From: Tricharina praecox
Taxonomy: Eukaryota
NCBI RefSeq assembly: GCF_024521635.1
Contig: NW_026250439.1
Coordinates: 186,001 to 245,007, forward strand
Length of the DNA stretch: 59,007 nucleotides
Reading direction: 5' to 3'
A model generated the notes under the pieces. It had not been told where the DNA came from, made no database searches, and was given only the letters and a program-made list of their open reading frames with translations. A program made the position numbers and the translations under genes. This document shows, one piece after another, positions 1 to 11,645 of the stretch (positions are counted from its first letter, which is position 1; each line of letters begins with the position of its first letter).

Positions 1-64
1 TGGATGCGGGAGCGTGGCGCATAGCCCCCCGCCAGCTGGGAGCCGAAGGAAGCAACTGGACAGT

Positions 65-393
65 CTGGACGACTGGACCGCTGCGTGCGTTGGCGCGAGG
101 CAGAGAGGGAAAGGCGGAAGATGCCGGTGGGGAGGAAGGAATGGGAGTGGAGACGGAGCGGCTGTGCGACGAGCTGGATGGAAGAATCGAGTTGATGGAG
201 GAGGGATGACTGGAGCAGTGACGAAGGAAGCAACTGGACGACTGGGCCGCTGTGTGCACAGGCGCGATGCAGAGCGGTAAAGGCGGAAGATGCCCATGGG
301 GAGGAAGGAATGGGAGTAAAGACGGAGCGGCTGTGCGACGAGCTGGATGGAAGAATTGAGTTGATGGGGGAGGGATGACTGGAGCAGTGACGA
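65..393. repeat. Tandem duplication, two ~169-bp units
   Basis: AAGGCGGAAGATGCC occurs at 111 and 280, and GACGGAGCGGCTGTGCGACGAGCTGGATGGAAGAAT is repeated at the same offset. The period is not a multiple of 3. Confidence 0.9.
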
Positions 394-1214
394 GGAGGAG
401 GAGGATGTGGTTAGTGTAGATGTACATACTACACAAGGGATCGGAAGTGGTAGAGGCGGTATTGCGTGCCTAAATTATCCCGATTCTATGGAAGACGTGG
501 GGCTGCGACGGCTATCTGCGGCCTGGGGAGGACTGTTTCCTCCCGACAAATCCATGTCTCGTTCGCTTTCGTCGTGATTGTGTCGAATCGTGTGGTGCTT
601 CGAGATCCCGACTGCCCGACGAAGCTGGATAATCTACAGCCTCTACTTCAAGCGCAAAGATCCTGAGTCCTGACGGACTGGATATTACTGGCCCGTAGAT
701 TCTACTTGGCTACGGAATCAATCTGTACGACTAAACTGCTCACGGCTGAAAATGATGGCATATTTACACCTCAGCACATTACTTCTTCTCCAAGAGTATT
801 TATCTCGGCCTAGGTATCTCATCGCAGGAGGTGGGCTTCTGGTAATGACCTGCATGCTACTCACGATAGCATTTCCGTGGATTACCATCTCCATTAGCAC
901 GATTTCACGATTTTGCGAGATCCCACCGCGACAGATCCGGGTGTTTCTCCGAATATGGTCGATTACGTATAAATACCTCCCGTACGGCTCTGACAAGGCT
1001 GAGTATACGGTAGACTTGAAGGATGCAAGAGTAGGTACATAGTTGCTATGGCGGAAGGATCATTGATATTTGTATCACAGAATGAGGAGTCTAGCACAGG
1101 AGAGAAAAACTGTTTGAGCCTTGAAAATTCCCGATTCTTCAGACGACGTCGTTACTACCAGTTACAAGCTACTGGCCAGCTATTTGATGCGTAGAGAGCC
1201 AAGCAGATACCCAG

Positions 1215-1826
1215 CTAGATATTGTCGGCGAGATGCTTCTCAAGCCTCTCCCTGTCGCGCAGAAGATCTTCCTCAGTGACACCCAACCACTCCTGAACAG
1301 CGGAGAGCACGAGCTCGCGGCCCTGCAGAACGCCCTCCTTCCTGCCGTGAGCGCGGCCCTGCTCGATGCCTTCCTTCTTACCACGCTCGTAAGCGTCGAT
1401 GATCATGCGCTCGAGATCGATGGAGTCCCTTTTGCCACGCTCGTAAGCTTCCTTGAGGACGCGCTCGAGGGCGGCGTCAGTAATCTGGTGGTTACCGGTT
1501 GAGTAACCCGAGTCCGCTTGATGGCTGCACTCGTCGACGACGGCGGCGAAGTTGGAAGAAGCGAGAGCGGGGCGGGCCTTGTGCCAGTTGGCAGCAAAGA
1601 CGGACGTTGGCAGGAGACTAGCAGCGAAGGCAGTCTTGGGCGACATGCCGCCAACGTCTGCATGATGGAGACTCCTGTAATTCGTGACGAGATCTGACAA
1701 CTCGTGACCAGTCTGATCCATGCTGACGGCGTGGCTGTCGTGGCCACTGTGGAAGTTTTCGCCGGTAGCCTCCTTCGAAGTGGTCTCCTCCGAAGTGAAT
1801 GTCTTGTTGGTTGGGAGGGGCTCCAT
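1215..1826 (-). CDS. Hypothetical protein (203 aa) with a C-terminal helical GxxxG-repeat segment
   Basis: ATG-started ORF with a pyrimidine-rich leader. It has an internal duplication AYERGK..AYERGK followed by EGIEQGRAHGRKEGVLQGRE. No family recognised. Confidence 0.35.
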   Translation of the reverse strand: MEPLPTNKTFTSEETTSKEATGENFHSGHDSHAVSMDQTGHELSDLVTNYRSLHHADVGGMSPKTAFAASLLPTSVFAANWHKARPALASSNFAAVVDECSHQADSGYSTGNHQITDAALERVLKEAYERGKRDSIDLERMIIDAYERGKKEGIEQGRAHGRKEGVLQGRELVLSAVQEWLGVTEEDLLRDRERLEKHLADNI

Positions 1827-2665
1827 CTGGATGGTAAGTTAGTCGCGACGTACAATCGGAGTTCGCGGGAATCACACCTCGAAAGTTCTTTTGAGGTGTA
1901 AAAGCTTTTTTTTGGAGGTGAGGGGGGGTTATTGTGATTGAGGAATGGAGAGTAGTTTGTGGGTACGGTGGATGGTTTCTGAAGTGTAGATGGGTACGGT
2001 GGATGGTTACAGAAGTGTAGGTGGATTGTACGTCAGGTAGGGTTGTATCGAGTTTAGATGGTTCTAGATAACACGACATTTCCGCATTCGGACAATCGAG
2101 AGATCTTTGGCTGCTCGTCTTTGATGGGTGAAGACTGTCAACACATATATCTGGCATGCCGCTAGTCTTCCACTATTCCCACTTTTCCACCGTGCCCATA
2201 GTCAAGAAACCAGGATAACTGCCTGGGAAAGTGATTCGGCGAGCGAACTGTAGCCTTTCTTGATGCTATGTTATTTTGATCGTGACTGTATGCTTGCCTT
2301 AAAAATTCTTCTGGTTATATCTCTGTACTGTCAGCGGGGCGGGAACGTGAAGAAAGAGCCTTGCTGCTAGACCAGCCCACGTGAACTGGATTGATACAGT
2401 TGGTGAGGCTCCTCAATATGACCACTGCCTTGCTAGGGTACTTCAACTGAATTGAGACAACCGATGACGCCCAATAGTATGAAAACGGCCTCGGAAGCAT
2501 TCAATTGTATGGGGGTGTGCCCTCCCCACCTACAAAAGCTCTCATCCACCACCAATCCTCCCACTCTTTCCATCCATTCTTCCCATCAACCTTTCCGATC
2601 CACCCTTTCCATCGATCCTTTCCGAACTCATCCACAACCAAGAAGCGGCCTCCGACAACATCAAT

Positions 2666-3300
2666 ATGCAGATTCGTTTGTGTATTCTCCCGGTCCTCTC
2701 CGCCATCGCCGCGATGGTTTCGGCTGCTCCCCCGCCATCCTTCCAGGCCCCGGTAGTGTCTCCGTTATGGACAACAAGGCTATCAAGCAGACGACCCACA
2801 AGATCCTCGCCGAGTCCCACACCATCCACTTCCCGCACTTCGAGATCCCCGGTATCGACGACACCCAGACGAACCCGGAGAGCAAGTTCGACCCTACGCC
2901 CATCGTCCGTCCCAACCCGGCCTCCGACGTTAGCTTCAACTACTACAACTCCACCACGGATGTGAGTGCCGCCGCGTGGCTCTGTGAGCTCGTCTGCGAG
3001 ACATCCTGGGCGTCGCTTACCTACACCGAGATCGACGGTCTCGTCGACAAGCTCGTCAAGTCCAAGAAGACTTCGTGGATGTAGAAGAACGACTGGGGCA
3101 GCAGGTGTACGCGCTTGCACAAGGTCAAGGGCGGTGAGCTATCGATCTGTAGAGAGTATGCTTGGAGCCTTCCCTCCGCAGCGCTTATTTGGGGCTCATT
3201 GGAGATCAAGAATAAGTGTGGACGCGATGGTATGATGCATAGGGCTGGTGGCTACTACCGCTTTATAGACAACGTGGAAATGAAGGGTGTGATTCATTAG
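2666..3300 (+). pseudogene. Pseudogene of a small secreted Cys-rich protein (paralog of 12132-12734)
   Basis: Signal peptide MQIRLCILPVLSAIAAMVSA, then a frameshift in a C-run near 2728. The frame continues FPHFEIPGIDD...LVCETSWAS, hits an in-frame TAG at 3082-3084 (Q in the paralog), and resumes GSRCTRL..GGELSIC..HRAGGY..VIH*. Two Cys residues are lost. Confidence 0.85.
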
Positions 3301-3995
3301 ATTCTGGCTGGCTGCTGAGGGTAGAGGGCTGGTGGGGGTGAGATTCGGAGGCCAATAAATTACTTGTTCCTCTACCTTTCTTTCTTTCTTTCTAGACGTA
3401 GGGAGGGTGGGAATTTCACCCTTCCCATGAGCTCTCTCTCCAGGTAGATACGGCAGCTGGAAGCGCCCTATGCAAGTCCCGAATTAGGCGTGACCGTGAT
3501 GATTTCCTGAGATGTGCTGCAAAACAAGTGGATAGGTCGGTGGAGTGTGCCAATGAGAAGACTGAGGTTTGTATCATTTGTCTATTAACCAAACTATAGG
3601 CTACCTATACGACCCACTCAGTTCGACCTTCGCCATAGTCTAGATAGGCTGCATGCAAAAATAAACTGAAGTTCTCTTTCTCTCGGTTCGAGTATCACTC
3701 GCCATAGCGGAAAGTGGGGGTGTTGCATCGATCAAACCTAGGGGGACTAGGCTGCAGACGGGATGGGCGTCACGATAGCTACCTACCTCGTATGAATTAT
3801 ATGATCAAACAAGAGATCTCGCCGAGTATTAGCATGCGGCTTTCTCGCCCCAGGCCTCACTTCGCGCGTCACAGGGTATCACTACTCGACAGGCAAACGT
3901 TCGTTAAGTTAATTTGGACGGATAGCTTTGTGAGCTGCTGAGGCGCGGTGCTGCTGGTGAACGCATCGTGTGTGGCTAATCCCACCGGATCGATA

Positions 3996-4918
3996 ATGTC
4001 CGCCGTCGTACAGCAGTTACAATTGCAGTGGCGGTGATGGTGAGTACGGAAGCTTTAACAAGCTTACGCACGGCAACTACTTCGATTGGAAACAAGACAT
4101 GTTTATGTTCCTCGAAACATTCGACGCGCTCGAAATCGTGCTCGGCACGGAGAAAGAGCCTGCTCTCGACGACACGGACGAATCTCGCGCTGCGCACGAG
4201 CGATTCCACACCAGGTTCAGGCAAGCCATGTCTGCCCTCCGCTACTCGTGCACTCATGAAGTGTTGTTTATGCTTCCAACCGGCATCCGCGACCCAGTCG
4301 AGACGTGGCGGCTCTTGAGGGACAAGCACGACACTGCGGCGACTCTGCAGTGCCGGTTAATGCTTCTGGAGACTGCGGCCCCGGCCAAACGAGCCGGTAC
4401 GAGATTTCTGCGACCGCCTGGTCGCCGCTCGCGCCCCGCTCCAGGGCACCGCAGAAAAAATCACGGACATCCACCTGATCAGATGCTTGCTTGATTCAAT
4501 CTCGAAGGAATACGAGCCCATCGTCGACGCGTGTATGCTCCTGCCGGATAACAAGGCTACGCTCGAGCATCTATTCCGCCAGCTCCACGAGTTCGAACAA
4601 GACAAGATCCTTCTGAACGAGATCGCTGCCCAGCAGCAGTCGGAAAATCGAAGTGCCCGCAGAGCGCGACGAGGCCACCGCGGCAACCGTGCGCCATCCG
4701 GAATCGCCCAGGTCGTCTACCAATGCACGTACTGCGAGATGGATAACCACGCCACCGAAGAGTGTAGTCGCCGCGCAAACTCGCGGAAACACGCTCGCAG
4801 CGACGACGATGACTACTGCCACTACTGTGTCGAGCCAGGCCACATTCAGAAGGACTGCCCAATGAAGACGAGAGCCAAAGGAATCCGCAGGCTCGCATCC
4901 CTTGACCACCATGTCTAG
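3996..4918 (+). mobile_element. Degenerate Ty1/Copia-type gag with two CCHC zinc knuckles; no pol or LTR seen
   Basis: KLTHGNYFDWKQDMFMFLE resembles a Copia gag N-terminus. After a frameshift near 4365 comes a UBN2-like PNEPVRDFCDRL..ITDIHLIRCLLDSISKEY. Knuckles are CTYCEMDNHATEEC and CHYCVEPGHIQKDC. Confidence 0.75.
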
Positions 4919-5649
4919 CCGAATAATCGCAAACGAGCTGAACGGAGAGCTCTATCTTCTCCTTCTTCTTCTTCTTCTGGCCAACGGTCACTGCAGTGCG
5001 GATGACTCCTGCGGTATTACAAGTAATTTGGCGGTCGAGGCGAAAGAGAGAGTTGGGCGAGGCCGGCAACATGTTTTCACTACGAATTTTAATCGAGAGG
5101 TTGAAGAGGGGAGAAGGCTGTACTTTGGCGGATGAGGCGAGCGAGAAGGGGTTCGCCAACGAGAAGTCAATATCGAAAATACGAAGATCTGGGGTGGAGA
5201 ACCTTTCTGCAAACATCCGAGCAATACTATCTGAGAACACCACCGGTTCGCGAAACTGCATCCGTTCTTGCCATACCTACGCCTGCCAGTGTTCCATCCG
5301 ATCCAGACGACTTCCGCAGCCCGCAGCTTGCTTCCCATTGCAAAATACGTGAACCATGATCTCCTGTCGGCGATATCGAGGCTCGTGCCTCGGAACATCG
5401 AATTGAGCAGGCGATACCGCAGCTTGAGATGGAAGAATCATCCGACGCACCGATTTGGCGGCGAGGGGAGTGGAGTAGAGGGGAAGGTTCCTTGCCCGGG
5501 TGAGATATCCTTTGTACTCTGAATACTCTTGAGGTTTCCATTGTTCAAGCCACCTACCGGGCCGCCGGGGTAGCGACGGTTTTTATTTTATTCAGTGTAG
5601 CACTCGATATCACTCGGCAGTGTCTATCACGTGACAGGTCTTGAGCTGG

Positions 5650-6753
5650 GAAGTCGCACGTCCCGGATGTTTGTCGGCGACTTGATGCTCACCTTGACGG
5701 GTTGCGTGTGTACGTTCTCAGAACTCGATGCGGAGCTCGAAAGCCTCGAGACCGACGATACCGCCGGATTGAACTTCTAGGATAAGGCGAAGTGGGCCGC
5801 GAAGGAAAAGTACACCGCGAAGCTGCTGGGCTTCCTGCAAATGCACAAGCAGTCCCTGGTTCTGTTTCTGTCGATCAATACAAAGTTTGTCGAACTCCTG
5901 CTCCGCATCCCACTGCGTCTTTTTTTTTACGGAATTTTCGCTAATTCTAGAGTTCAGCGGATCGGTACAAGAGATGCAACGAGACATGGCAGAATTTAAG
6001 CAACTGTTGTCCTCCGTATTACAGGCGATTCCCGACCTCGCAGAGCGCATGGCGACAGTCTCGGTGCCGATATACCACGACTCGGATCTACGCGCGGCCC
6101 GTGCGCACGCACCCGCGGATCCCGACGTAAATGTCAACACGATACGTTCCTGGGCGTCGATCTTCAGCACGGAGACCTCGAGATCACTCCGCCGAGTCCT
6201 GTTTGACCGGCGTCTCGGCCAGCCTGCGATGTACGGCGAGAGACCACTCCTGAACTCTTCGAGCAGCACCGTCCACACCGCACGTACGGGAGATTCAAAC
6301 GACACGGACACGGACACGATCCGTTCCATGACATCGATCCGCACCACGGACGCCGTCAGGTCGCGCAGATTCACCTTCGACCGGTGTCTCCGCAGCACGC
6401 GCGTGTACCGGATGTCGTTCCGGAACTCGTCGAGCAGCGCGATCGTGACCGAGCACACGCTGGACTCGGCGTTCTCACAGCTCTTGGGGCTGAGCTTGGC
6501 GCAGATCTCGAACATTTCGGTTATCAGACTCCCCGTGTACACCGTCGAGCTGAGCAACGGCTACGTATACGACGAAGCGCAGGCGAGCGCCGTGAAGGAC
6601 GTTAGCATACCGGCGCTATCGCTTAACCGTACCCCCGCCTCGGTACCGAAGATCTTCGCCGGAAAAGACTCGGACTCGGACTCCACGATTTCCGCCGTGA
6701 GAAGCACAATCACCAAACGATATCGGCGTGCCTCGGCACTCGGCCGGCAGTAG
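5650..6753 (+). pseudogene. 5'-truncated HeLo-like / fungal N-terminal-domain gene (paralog of 14755-16597)
   Basis: SRMFVGDLMLTLTGCVCTFSELD...NF*DKAKWAAKE..LQMHKQSLVLFLS, with TAG at 5778-5780 where the paralog has W. Intron at 5885-5957. Exon 2 carries FDRCLRSTRVYR...FSQLLGLSLAQISNISVIRLPVY. Confidence 0.75.
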
Positions 6754-7377
6754 TTCTCGCGGTCACGTCCGTTGAGCTTAGGAAGGCAATCCATGGTCCC
6801 CACATATAGACCCGCCTCGGCATCAGATCGTCGACGGTTCTCGCTGTTGAGCTCGGTATTTTTCACCTGGAAAGCGCCCCCTATCGATACCGTCAGCGTG
6901 GCGTACGACGATGAATTACTGTACTAGTTCCTGAGCAGGCGGCATTTCACACTCCTCATTTCGATTTCGGACTCGGCCTGTGGTGGGCACTCAGAGAGTA
7001 CCGGTATCGACGGGAAGCAAGGTGATGGGGTCATCGAGTAACTCCTAGTACAAATGTATTTAGAGTGTTTTTTTGTTTATCCGTGCTAGGTTTTCATTAG
7101 GAGTAATTGGGAGTATAAAAAATAAAAGTCCGATATCCATTATTCAGCCAGTACACAGTCACAATCTCATCGCTCGGGGGTGGGCGGAAATGCATTGAAG
7201 CCAAGGTTTTACTCATGAAATGTTGCCGTCTCGGAATGCTCGACATCCAACTCGCTCACGCGGCAATGTGATAACAGGCAGGTAATAGATTCCGCCACAT
7301 TGTAGAGTAAGTAGGTAAGTAAAACGAGCCTCCATCTATGTAGCCCTCAATATCCGCCCACTCCTAATTGCAGCCTT

Positions 7378-8066
7378 CTATTCGTCCATCCACTCGCTAA
7401 CATAGCCAGCATCCTCCTGATCAGAGTCGGTTTTAACCTCCTTCTTGACGCTAACCGCCCTATTCCTCAAGGGCTTCTTCTTGACGACAATCTCGACCTC
7501 GACGCTCGCCTCCTTTTTGACCTTGACGTTCCTGCGCGTATTCATCTTCTCGACCATCTCGGCGTACCCCGCAACGCCATCCTCCTCATTCTTCTCCTTC
7601 TTTACCTGCACCTTCTTCTTCGCAACCCTCTTCGCCGTCGGCGACATCTTCAGCTTCTCCGGCGCAGGCACGGGGTACGCGCGCATGCTCCTGAGGAACA
7701 ACTCCCACGTGACCGTGCAGCCGCACGGGAGGCGCCACAGCTCGTCATTCGGCTCTTGGGACCCTGTTTCCATCCTTCCGTTACAACCATTCTTTACAGC
7801 CCGCGCAGGAGGGGGGGGAGGAGGGAGTGCGACTCACGAGAAGAAGCAGAAAACATCATAGGAGCAGCCATGATCGCGCGCTCGACGCAGAACTGGTCGA
7901 CCAGGTGCCCACAGAACATCGACCAGCTGGTCGAGGGGCCGTTGCTACCGCAGGCAGTGGGGTCGTGGCAGGCGCAGGTGCGCTCCGCCTCGAGGGCTAA
8001 GTCGAGAGTCATGTCTGAAGTGTCGGCCTCGGCGGCAGCGGTGGTGGAGGAGGAGGCGCGGGACAT
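7378..8066 (-). pseudogene. Frameshifted hypothetical gene with a Cys/His-rich (RING-like) N-terminus and a Lys/Glu-rich tail
   Basis: ORF 7794-8066 (CAC..FCGHLVDQFC) appears to join ORF 7378-7773 (LPCGC, VKKE repeats) through an indel in the G-run near 7811-7820. Confidence 0.35.
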
Positions 8067-9148
8067 GGTTGCAGCAGGTGGGGATGAGTGGTGGGAGGTG
8101 GGAGGTTGAGGGGATGTACGAGGTTTTAGGTGTGAGTTGTTGCAGCGTGGGTTTAAAGTGTGCGATATGTGGGAGTGGTAGGGAGAGGAAGTAGGTGGCT
8201 TTATTCGCTAGCGGTGTGGCGGTGGCATGCGTGATGCATAGTGAATCACTCGTGTTGGACTCGATTTACAATAAGAAATGTTCCGGCGCAGCAGACGTGG
8301 CGAAACCCCTCCGCCAACCAACACAATCTCGTCAGTATAATCGATAGGTTTAGAATATTTACTTGTTTGTTTACACGATGCTAGTGTAGGAGGAGGAAGT
8401 TTGCGCTTTATTTTTGGTTTAATCATCGATTGCAATCCACCCAACTAGATCATGGCAGTACACACTGAAACATTCAGCGATGGCTAAGTCTATAGTGTAT
8501 AGGCTATACGCAAAATAACAATAAAACAGAAGAAAAAACAGTTTCGCGCAACAGCCCAGGGAAACCCACGTGTGGGCTTGTAGTAGTCCCGATGCTTGAT
8601 TAGTATCACATGGAGGAAGCCATTAAGACAAGGTGACTCACTTGTGACGATAGGCGTGAGACTATCCACTTCATGTAAAGACTGAACCCCCTTATCGCTC
8701 TTCAGCGATGTAGAAGCCGACGATTCCTCTGCGCGTACATCGAGTTAGCGACTGGCTGGTGCTGGATGGTCCGGAGTATCGGTGTCGACAACCATAGAGA
8801 AGTAGCCGAACAACTAGACCTTGGAAGAGGCAGTGCTCGAGCGGCGTGGGGCCGGGGCGTTGTAATTCAACTTGAGGAACATCTGTCAGGCGGCCATCAC
8901 GAAAACAATGAAGATGAAGCTCACAATCAGGTTAAAGATGAGCGTCGTCTGGTCGGAGACGCTGCAGTAGCTGAAGTGAGGCACTTTAACTACCACAATG
9001 CCAAAAAGAGCGTCGAGAAGCATCGTCACCAGCACAAAGCCAGCGAAGAGCCGAGTCATGGTGAAAAGTGGCTGCATTTGTGTATTCGGTACTGTAGGTT
9101 TGCTGACAGAGTTTTGCGGGAGTCGAGGCTGGTTAAAAGGCGTGGAGA

Positions 9149-9250
9149 TGAGAAAGTGTTTGCTGGGGATCGGTGTGATCTTTGATGTAGCAGGTGAGAA
9201 AGTGTTTGTTGGGGATCGGTGTGATCATTGATGTAGCGGGTGAGAAAGTG
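9149..9250. repeat. 46-bp tandem repeat, ~2.2 copies
   Basis: TGAGAAAGTG starts at 9149, 9195 and 9241, with near-identical intervening sequence. Confidence 0.9.
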
Positions 9251-9856
9251 GATGCTGCTGTGTGGGCGGCAAACGAGAAGCCGGGTCACAGAAGTGCGCT
9301 GTCGAGCAACCTAAAACGTCGAGTTGCTGCTTTCTCAGTGTGCAAGCCACCCACCCCGCTTTGCCGCTAGTGCGTATCACCTTTCGAATCTCCGACACCT
9401 CGACTCCCTCTCGCGGGCACAGCTGAAGACACCTAGGGACCGCAAAGGTTTGCCCTTCTGTACATCCGAGACTCATAGTTTATTTGCGTGTCGTTGCACA
9501 GCGGCTTCTGGTCTCGGATGGGTTTTACAATGTGAATTTCGTGCACTGGTTAAAGAAAACCACCTTGACTTCTACCGTCATCTATCATCCATCAAAGCTA
9601 TCTGGTCTAAGAAACGTCTCATTCTCCGTCCTTACCTTAGGACTCGTCACTCTCTACGTGTGGCGAATCCCGTCGGTAGCGGTAAACTTGACGGGCATGA
9701 TGATAATGTAAAACCGTTCTTTGATTGTGCTTCTGTCATGACTGGGCAAGACATTTAATGACCGTGCTAGTGATGCCTCGTGTTGTTAATGGCTTCCACT
9801 CGACCACTCTTACGGAGGAATTCAAATCCAATATTCCCTTATTCAGCTATGATATT

Positions 9857-9913
9857 CCCCTATTCTACTGAGACTCCCTTATTCGACTGAGACTCCCTTA
9901 TTCGACTGAGACT
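9857..9913. repeat. 19-bp minisatellite, 3 copies
   Basis: CCC(C/T)TATTC(T/G)ACTGAGACT occurs three times. Confidence 0.9.
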
Positions 9914-10417
9914 TTTACATACAGAGTAGGTTACGTTTGTTTTCACCGTTGGAAAAACAACGGACCTGAGCAAACCAAACAAACTTCGTTATCTCCCCTT
10001 CTTCCACTGCATTCGCTGACGCTCGAATTCAAGCTTTCAGGACTAGGAGGTCTCAGCCAAGCAGAAATACATATCGAAACGAAAAAGAACACAAAAAGAT
10101 CCCGAGTGAAACAAAATTGAGAGAATGTAGTAGCTAACAGGGTGTGAAACAAAAGACCTAGAAAACTGCAGTAACTGTGCCATACTGCCAGTTATACCAA
10201 TGCAATCCATCGCAACTAGCTTCAACAAACGTATCAAGCAATCATGAAACAATCCACGTAGTAGTACTACCTCAACTTTTGTGACTTCTATTGGGCCAGA
10301 TTCCCGCAGGTTACTACTAAACAATCATCAGTACATGTACATAACAGATAATGATCGTTAAAGGAATACGTACTTTAAGCATGGGGGTAGCATCTCAATA
10401 TGAGAACGAAGACCACG

Positions 10418-10667
10418 AGACCCTGCATGGCCGGGCTCGGCAAGCAAGCGATTCTCGTTAAGAATCTTACTCGCTTCCGGGCCGGGCAGGGTCGAGTCTC
10501 GCGAGCGTTTGGATCTCACCAAGAGTCTTACTAACCGCCAGACCCAGCATGGCCGGGCCCGGCAAGCAAGCGATTCTCGTTAAGAATCTTACTCGCTTCC
10601 GGGCCCGGCATTGCCGGGTCTGGCAAGCATTCGGATCTCATCAAGAGTCTTACTAGCTTCCAGACCC
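10418..10667. repeat. Higher-order tandem repeat: ~61-bp monomers in ABAB order (122-bp dimer x2)
   Basis: AGACCC(T/A)GCATGGCCGGG occurs at 10418 and 10540. A units carry GATTCTCGTTAAGAATCTTACT and B units carry GGATCTCAYCAAGAGTCTTACT. Confidence 0.9.
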
Positions 10668-10696
10668 GGGCTTCACATTGGATACCTACGTATCCA

Positions 10697-11400
10697 TCAT
10701 GTAATTTCTAGCCGCCCATTGTAAACCGAAATCAAACACTGATCGTAGACTTGTTGCGCAAAGTATTCGTCGTCGTACTGGGTGCCGTGCTGGTAACCGT
10801 GTGAGTCAGGCATGTCATTGAGGCTGCCAGGTGTCTCGCGCCTGCGGAAGTTCAGCATTAATTCGCATACAACTACATCTTGGAAGGATGCACTTACTTG
10901 GAGATCTCCGCCCCACGCTTCTTCCGGCCCTTCTTGGAACTTCACATTGGGTTCACAAACCTGAACACATAGGCATTAGTATCTGGCATTCAAATCGCAA
11001 TTGAATTATGACGGTAAATACCCAACATGGCTTGCCAATAACCTCGTGCATGGTCGAAGTTAACCATGTACGAGCACCTCACCCGTGTGGTGTGGAATGG
11101 CAGAATGAAGTCTTGACTACTTCTCCCTTCGCCCCCAATTGGCAGACTTGACGGCCTCGCCCTGGATTTCGTAGACATCGGAAGCCTCCGTGACGGTGGA
11201 TGATTCCGCCGGAACCGACAGCAGCAACAATTCGACGTTGCCGATCTTTGTTGTGGAAAGCCGCTATGGGAGACGGCGACCGTGAAGAACTACATATGCG
11301 CATTAGTGTGAGAAGGCGGTTATTTTCTGAACTGTAAACGTACCTGTTGTTTTGTTGTTAATGATTTTTTGCTACTATGAGCTGAATTGAGAAGAGAGTT
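10697..11400 (-). pseudogene. Possible decayed intron-containing gene
   Basis: Minus strand shows a TATA-like TATTTAAA near 11470, a CT-rich leader and a canonical intron GTACGT..CTAAT..TAG (about 11343-11290). Short protein-like frames are broken by stops. Confidence 0.2.
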
Positions 11401-11491
11401 GGTTGTGAAGGAATGGAGGGGAGTTGGTGGTAGAGGAAAGGAAGGATAGATAGGATAAACTCCGAGGGTTTAAATAGGAAAACCCAAATCG

Positions 11492-11645
11492 ATCCACGTG
11501 ACATTCCCGCCTCAAAAGACCGTGCACGCACAATTTAACGCAAAACACGCACAAACCTGAAACAAGTTAACCCACGTGACTTTCACCGTCTCAAAAGAGC
11601 CACACACGAATCAATCCACGTGATAATCTCCCTTTCGTAAGAAGC
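11492..11645. promoter_or_regulatory. Three CCACGTGA E-box-containing repeats
   Basis: CACGTG at 11495, 11573 and 11617. The first two are followed by related ...CTCAAAAGA tails. Confidence 0.5.

Noticed and set aside
4557..5261. 234-aa minus-strand ORF overlapping the Copia relic
   Set aside because: Non-ATG start, no recognisable motif, and partly antisense to gag.
5718..6557. 279-aa minus-strand ORF
   Set aside because: Antisense to the HeLo-like pseudogene; the paralogy is on the plus strand.
10418..10667. CRISPR-like or coding-repeat reading of the ABAB array
   Set aside because: The apparent spacers are themselves repeated, the context is eukaryotic with no cas genes, and a ~61-bp unit breaks the reading frame.
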